Source of the DNA: an uncultured delta proteobacterium
Lineage (GTDB): Bacteria; Myxococcota_A; UBA9160; UBA6930
Length of the DNA stretch: 64,000 nt
Direction: 5' to 3'
NCBI GenBank assembly: GCA_963722885.1
Contig: CAVROS010000015.1
Location: forward strand, 125,282 to 189,281
How positions within the stretch are numbered: position 1 is the stretch's first letter; each line of letters begins with the position of its first letter. The translations under genes were made by a program, and so were the position numbers. The notes beneath the pieces are model-generated. The model ran no database searches. It worked only from the letters and a program-made list of their open reading frames with translations, and was not told the DNA's origin. Below are positions 59,584 through 64,000 of the stretch, piece after piece.

Positions 59584-59994
59584 TCAGGAGCGATGGGCGC
59601 CGCGCGCGTGGACCAGGACGCGGTGTCCGTCCGGGAAGCAGACCTGGACTTTTTCCGGTCCGGCGACTCGGTCGACGACGCCAGCGCCGAAACGCGGATG
59701 CTCGATGCGGTCGCCGATCGCGTAGCAGTCGCTGCTCCGGTAGCTCTTGGGCGGCCGCGAGGGATCCGCCTCCACCAGGGGCTGCGCGGGCTTCGCCTTC
59801 GCACTCGCGTTCCGGGTGCGCGTCGCGCTTCGCGCCGCTGCGGGTCGCCCGCCGATCGGCCGATAGCGGTGAGGCCGCCCGCACTGCTTGCATTCCACTC
59901 TGGCGATTTCTCCGTTCGCGATGGCGACGATCACGTGCCACACCTCGCCGCATCTTCCACACACGGCTTCGATGTCTGCTCCGACTTTCACCAC
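59584..59994 (-). CDS. hypothetical protein: N-terminal CxxC...CxxC zinc ribbon, basic linker, C-terminal DUF3553-like domain
   Basis: CGRCGEVWH...CKQCGRPH, then IGDRIEHPRFGAGVVDRVAGPEKVQVCFPDGHRVLV, which parallels the C-terminus of the 52343..53431 protein. Confidence 0.5.
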   Translation of the reverse strand: MVKVGADIEAVCGRCGEVWHVIVAIANGEIARVECKQCGRPHRYRPIGGRPAAARSATRTRNASAKAKPAQPLVEADPSRPPKSYRSSDCYAIGDRIEHPRFGAGVVDRVAGPEKVQVCFPDGHRVLVHARGAHRS

Positions 59995-60075
59995 CGCCTC
60001 TCCACCCCGAGAAGGACAAGGAGAGTAACCGCAACCGAGCGGGGACGCTCTCTGCGTCCTTGGGTTCGGGACTAG

Positions 60076-60904
60076 CTAGCGGTGACGCTCCAGGAAGTCG
60101 TGGATCAGCCACTGGGCGATGCTGACGCTGCCCGGAAAGATCATCGGCATGTCGTCTGCCGCGAACCATCCGGCGGTCTCGACCTCGGTGCCGTCCACCT
60201 GGATCTCGCCGGCCGCGTAGCGCGCTTGAAAACCCAGCATGAGGGAATGTGGGAACGGCCAGGGCTGGCTTCCGAAGTATCGGATGTCGGTCACCTCGAT
60301 GTGCGTTTCCTCGTACACCTCTCGGACCACTGCGTCTTCGGCGCTCTCTCCTGGCTCCAGGAAGCCCGCGAGCACGCTGTGGATCCCCGGCGGGAAATGG
60401 GGGCCTCGCGCCAGTAGAATCGCGTCCTCCCTCTCCACGGCCACGATCATCGAGGGCGCGATGCGCGGGAAGTGGTGCAAGCCGCATCGGGGACAGACGC
60501 GCGACCGCTCGGCCGTCGCGATCTCGGTGGGGGTTGCGCAGGCGCCGCAGTAGCGATGGTTGCGGTCCCACTCCACGATCTGGATGGCGCGACCGGCCAA
60601 TTCGTGAAGGTCCCATTCCAGTCGTCCCAAGAGGGCCCGGAGGTCGTGGAAGGCCATCCCCTCGGGCGGCCGGCTCTCCGGCGGCAGCTCCGCCGCGTAG
60701 CAGCGGATGTCTTCGAGGAGACCCAGGTAGTGGGTCTGTACCGGCTGGATGTCCGAGACGATCCAGCGCTTCGCCGGGTGGAAGGAAGGAGTCGGCAGCG
60801 ACGAGCAGCTCCCGGTTTCGGAAGGCGAACCACAGGGCGGGCCTGGATCCCTCCGTCGGTTCGCTGAGGCTCGATCTGAAAACCCGTCGATTCTCTTCGC
60901 CCAT
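60076..60904 (-). CDS. nudC: NAD+ diphosphatase NudC (NADH pyrophosphatase); 1-nt frameshift near 60745
   Basis: The N-terminal domain is in ORF 59312..60904. The zinc ribbon CGACATPT...CPRCG and the Nudix box GFLEPGESAEDAVVREVYEETHI are in ORF 60076..60657. Confidence 0.8.
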
Positions 60905-60934
60905 GGGGCGAACGTAGCCCAGGCCGCCCTGCGT

Positions 60935-61376
60935 TCAGTCCTCGCCGGGATCCCGTCCGCGCAGCCGCTTCTTGTCGCTCTGCTGCCGCTTCTCGGTGAG
61001 CCGGCGCTCGCGACTTCCGCGCGTCGGTCGGGTGGGCTTGCGCGGCCGCGGCCTCGCCAGGGCGCGCTGGATCAGCTCTCTCCATCCGCGCCAGAGCCGC
61101 CTCCAGGTTGCGAGTCTGCAGGCGACTTTCGCTGCTCACCACGTGCAATCTTCCGTCTCCGTCGAGCCGGCTCGCGAGCTTCTCACGAATCCGGGCGACA
61201 TCCTCGGTTCCGAGATGCGCAACAGCTCCATCCAGGTCCAGGCGCAGGTCGACCTTCGTCGCCACCTTGTTGACGTTCTGCCCCCCCGGGCCGCTGGCGC
61301 GGGTGAAGCGGACCGAGAGCAGGCGTGCGGGGATTACCCGCCTCTCCGAAATCTCCAGGTCTCGAAGTCCAGCCAT
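60935..61376 (-). CDS. arfB: peptidyl-tRNA hydrolase ArfB (alternative ribosome-rescue factor B); 1-nt frameshift near 61065
   Basis: The GGQ motif SGPGGQNVNKVATKV is present. The basic C-terminal tail (LIQRALARPRPRKPTRPTRGSRERRLTEKRQQSDKKRLRGRD) is recovered in the +1 frame after ...ARME. Confidence 0.8.
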
Positions 61377-61430
61377 TGCGGTGCTATCGGCGCCCGCAGC
61401 GGGGAGCTGATTGAAAAACAGGAGGGGCTA

Positions 61431-61703
61431 CTAGGCGTGGCCTGCGATGCTCAGCGGACCTCGCCTGACCCGGCGCGGTGCGGTGTCCTGGCGGGGACCG
61501 ATCGAGAATCCCCCCGCCATCCGGATGACCAGCTCCAGACGGGGGAGGAGCACCTGGCAATCCTCGATCCAGCTCTCCTTCTGGGCGAGGGCGAAGGCCT
61601 CGAGCAGGGCGGCACGGCTCTCGAGGCGGATGCGGATCTCGCGATGATCCTGGGCGTCGCTGGCCTGGTTGAGCCTTCGGGCGGTTTCGGGTGAAAGGGC
61701 CAT
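61431..61703 (-). CDS. small hypothetical protein (90 aa)
   Basis: An ATG lies 7 nt after a GGGGAGG RBS. Composition is mixed. There is no homology evidence. Confidence 0.4.
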   Translation of the reverse strand: MALSPETARRLNQASDAQDHREIRIRLESRAALLEAFALAQKESWIEDCQVLLPRLELVIRMAGGFSIGPRQDTAPRRVRRGPLSIAGHA

Positions 61704-61914
61704 TTCGGGTCCTCCCCTTCAGTATTCCCTGGATTGCGGAAGCCCCAGGGTTACTGATACCGCGATTTCGTCGGGCGCGTCTGAAGGAGCGGTGAACGGA
61801 GCGAAAAACCCGCTCCAACGACCAAAATCGTAGCCGAAGAGCCTCCTCTTCTCGGTGATCTGGAACACAGGGTCGGGAGATCCTCTACGATTCGAGCCTT
61901 GGAGGATTTCGATC

Positions 61915-62793
61915 ATGAAGCTTGTCACCTTCAAGCATGCTGGCGCGACCCGTCTCGGGATCGTCGCTGACGAGGAGGTGGTGGATCTCGCCTCCGCCGC
62001 ACCGGATCTGCCTCGCGAGATGCGCGCACTTCTCGAGGCGGGCCATCCCGCCCTCGATGCCGCCGCCGAGGCGCTGGACGCCGGCCGGCACCGGATCGCT
62101 CTCGCCGAGGTTCACCTCGAGGCGCCGGTGCAGCCCAGCAAGTGCCTGGCGATCGGCCTCAACTACGCCGAGCACATCGAAGAGACCGGCAGGCCGAGGC
62201 CCGAATTCCCCACCGTTTTCAACAAACAGGTCTCCTGCGTCACCGGGCCTGGCGATCCGATCCATCTGCCGCGGGTCTCGAGCGCCCTCGACTACGAGGG
62301 AGAGCTCGCCTTCGTGATCGGAAGGCGTTGCCGCCACGTCCCCAGGCAGCGCGGGGCCGAGGTCATCGCCGGCTTCACGGTGATGAACGATGTGAGCGTA
62401 CGCGACTGGCAGGCCAAGGCGCCCACCATGACGCTCGGCAAGTCCTTCGATACCCACGGCCCGATGGGGCCGTGGATCGTCACTCCCGATGAGGTCGGGG
62501 ATCCCCACTGCCTGAACCTGGAGACGCGGGTGAACGACGAGGTCCGTCAGAGCTCCAACACGAAGCATCTGATCTTCGATTGCTACGAGCTGATCGAGAC
62601 GCTCACCACGGTGATGACCCTCGAACCGGGGGACGTGATCTCGACGGGAACGCCCGCCGGAGTGGGAATCGCCAGGAAGCCGCCGCGAATGCTGGTCGAA
62701 GGTGACGTGGTGACGATCGAGATCGAGCGAGTGGGCCGCATCGAGAACCGCGTGATCGCGGAGCCCGCGGACACCGGGACCTTCTCGACCTAG
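61915..62793 (+). CDS. fumarylacetoacetate hydrolase (FAH) family protein
   Basis: KCLAIGLNYAEH, DYEGELAFVIG, GTPAGVG are the FAH-family metal-site blocks. RBS GGAGGA. Confidence 0.9.
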   Translation: MKLVTFKHAGATRLGIVADEEVVDLASAAPDLPREMRALLEAGHPALDAAAEALDAGRHRIALAEVHLEAPVQPSKCLAIGLNYAEHIEETGRPRPEFPTVFNKQVSCVTGPGDPIHLPRVSSALDYEGELAFVIGRRCRHVPRQRGAEVIAGFTVMNDVSVRDWQAKAPTMTLGKSFDTHGPMGPWIVTPDEVGDPHCLNLETRVNDEVRQSSNTKHLIFDCYELIETLTTVMTLEPGDVISTGTPAGVGIARKPPRMLVEGDVVTIEIERVGRIENRVIAEPADTGTFST

Positions 62794-62874
62794 CGGGGAC
62801 GTTGCCTTGTGAACTTCGTTCGCCTACGGCTCCACTTCGCGCTGCGGCTCACTGCGTGCGCTACGGCGCTTGCG

Positions 62875-64000
62875 TCACACCAGTGTGAGCTGCTGGGGGA
62901 CGCCCAGGGCCTCGTCGAAGCTCTGACCGGTCTCCGAGAGGATGCCGTCGGCGACCGGACGCAGGACCCGCTCCAGGTAGTGCCTCCGGTCGATCCCCTT
63001 GGGTAGAGGGCGCCCGGGGAGGACGGGCTCCGGGCCGTTCCGGGTGATCACGTAGTGGACCACCCGGCCGACCGCCCCGCCGGCTTTGCGCGCCGCGCGG
63101 ATGTGAGGGGGCGTGGTGGCGGTGTAGCGATCCAGGGATCCCTTGCGGATCCGCTTCACGTAGATCAGCTCGCCGTCCAGCTCGCCGGAGCGCACCTCTT
63201 CTACCAGCTGCTTTACGAAGGGGAGCACCTCCCGGTCGGTGAAGAGGCGCTCGAGCATCCCCTCCTGCAGGCGGTGGGCGATCTGGGGCCAGTCGCGGCG
63301 GACCGACTCCAGGCCCACGATCACCAGGCCGCCATCCACCCAGCCGGCGTAGCGCTTCTTGCTGCCGCCGCGTCCGCCGCGCACACGGGGCAGCAGCAGC
63401 CGCTCGAAGATCCTCTCCAGCTCCAGCTCGAGCTGGGGCTCGACGCGATACTGGCGGCGGATCCTCTCGGCGATGCAGGTCTGCACTCGATCTCGCAGCA
63501 GCCCGGCCTCGGCAGGCTCGTCTCCCTGCAGCTGGACGAAGACCGAGTCGGTGTCGCCGTACAGCACCTGCACACCCTCCGCCTCGAAGGCCTCTCGGGT
63601 CCAGTGCAGGGTCTGCTGGCCGAAGCTGGTGATGGCGTTTGCGATCTCCGGGTTGAAGAAGCGGCAAGAAGCCGCGCCGAGCACCCCGAACAGCGCGTTC
63701 ATCATGATCTTGATGGCCTGGTCCGCCTTGTGATCTTGGTTTTCCTTGGCCCGATCGCGCCGCTCTGTGAACTCCCGGATCACCTCCGGCAGGATCGCTT
63801 CGGAGCGCGAGAAGCGCGCCCCGTTGGGCGCCTCGATCGCCTCTTCGCCGGCTCGCGCATTGGCCAGCGGATCGAGGTTGAAGGTGCGGATCAGGCTCGG
63901 GTAGAGGCTCTTGAAGTCGAAGACGGCGACATTCGCATAGAGGCCGGGCTTCGGCTCGAGCAGCGCGCCGCCCCGCACCATCTCGGTCTTGCGCTCCTGA
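62875..64000 (-). CDS. polB: DNA polymerase family B (Pol II-like), C-terminal part; gene continues beyond the window end
   Basis: Motif A DFKSLYPSLI, motif B KIMMNALFG, motif C YGDTDSVFV. The ORF is open at position 64000. Confidence 0.85.
   Translation of the reverse strand, partial: QERKTEMVRGGALLEPKPGLYANVAVFDFKSLYPSLIRTFNLDPLANARAGEEAIEAPNGARFSRSEAILPEVIREFTERRDRAKENQDHKADQAIKIMMNALFGVLGAASCRFFNPEIANAITSFGQQTLHWTREAFEAEGVQVLYGDTDSVFVQLQGDEPAEAGLLRDRVQTCIAERIRRQYRVEPQLELELERIFERLLLPRVRGGRGGSKKRYAGWVDGGLVIVGLESVRRDWPQIAHRLQEGMLERLFTDREVLPFVKQLVEEVRSGELDGELIYVKRIRKGSLDRYTATTPPHIRAARKAGGAVGRVVHYVITRNGPEPVLPGRPLPKGIDRRHYLERVLRPVADGILSETGQSFDEALGVPQQLTLV

Noticed and set aside
1-64000. Search for tRNA, rRNA, CRISPR arrays, integrases/transposases and toxin-antitoxin or defence-island hallmarks
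   Set aside because: None was recognised by eye. There is no GGTTCGAATCC-type T-loop and no repeat-spacer arrays. There are no DDE/tyrosine recombinase motifs. No abrupt GC shift appears apart from two short AT-rich promoter islands.

Overview
This is a high-GC (roughly 65-70%) chromosomal segment from a diderm bacterium. The diderm call rests on an RND efflux operon, an outer-membrane beta-barrel protein ending in Phe, and lipobox lipoproteins; a DUF385 deazaflavin-type reductase sits next to a dodecin. The taxon cannot be determined from the sequence alone. I can support about 60 protein-coding genes and found no rRNA, tRNA, CRISPR array, transposase or integrase. Many long ORFs in the six-frame track are R/G/P-rich shadow ORFs typical of GC-rich DNA and were not called.

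Gene content is accessory and housekeeping metabolism:
- a frameshifted MttB-family methyltransferase with a class III aminotransferase and an MFS transporter;
- an arn-like polyprenyl-phosphate pentose glycosylation locus (GT-C membrane glycosyltransferase, SGNH hydrolase, ArnA-C-terminal-like UDP-GlcA decarboxylase, GT2 ArnC-like transferase, small membrane protein);
- a nitroreductase-superfamily / small ORF / hotdog thioesterase / ATC-hydrolase operon;
- a CDF transporter, dodecin, a DUF385 reductase, a GH31 alpha-xylosidase-like enzyme and a Cys-type sulfatase;
- a sigma-70 factor with a near-consensus promoter and a structured leader;
- an ADP-ribosylglycohydrolase, two MFS transporters, a beta-lactamase-family lipoprotein and a trypsin-like protease with TSP3 repeats;
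- a YtrA-type GntR / ABC-2 transporter / SPFH operon;
- a TetR / MFP / RND / DUF1295 efflux operon;
- three amidase-signature amidases, a PpnN-like LOG protein, CspA, NudC, ArfB, an FAH hydrolase and a truncated family-B DNA polymerase.

The most unusual features at sequence level are:
1. a family of long perfect palindromes with conserved termini GGGGACGTT...AACGTCCCC, placed exactly between convergent genes;
2. a 38-bp AT-rich perfect palindrome in a divergent promoter region;
3. at least 13 conserved genes broken by single-nucleotide frameshifts, most plausibly assembly indels rather than true pseudogenes.
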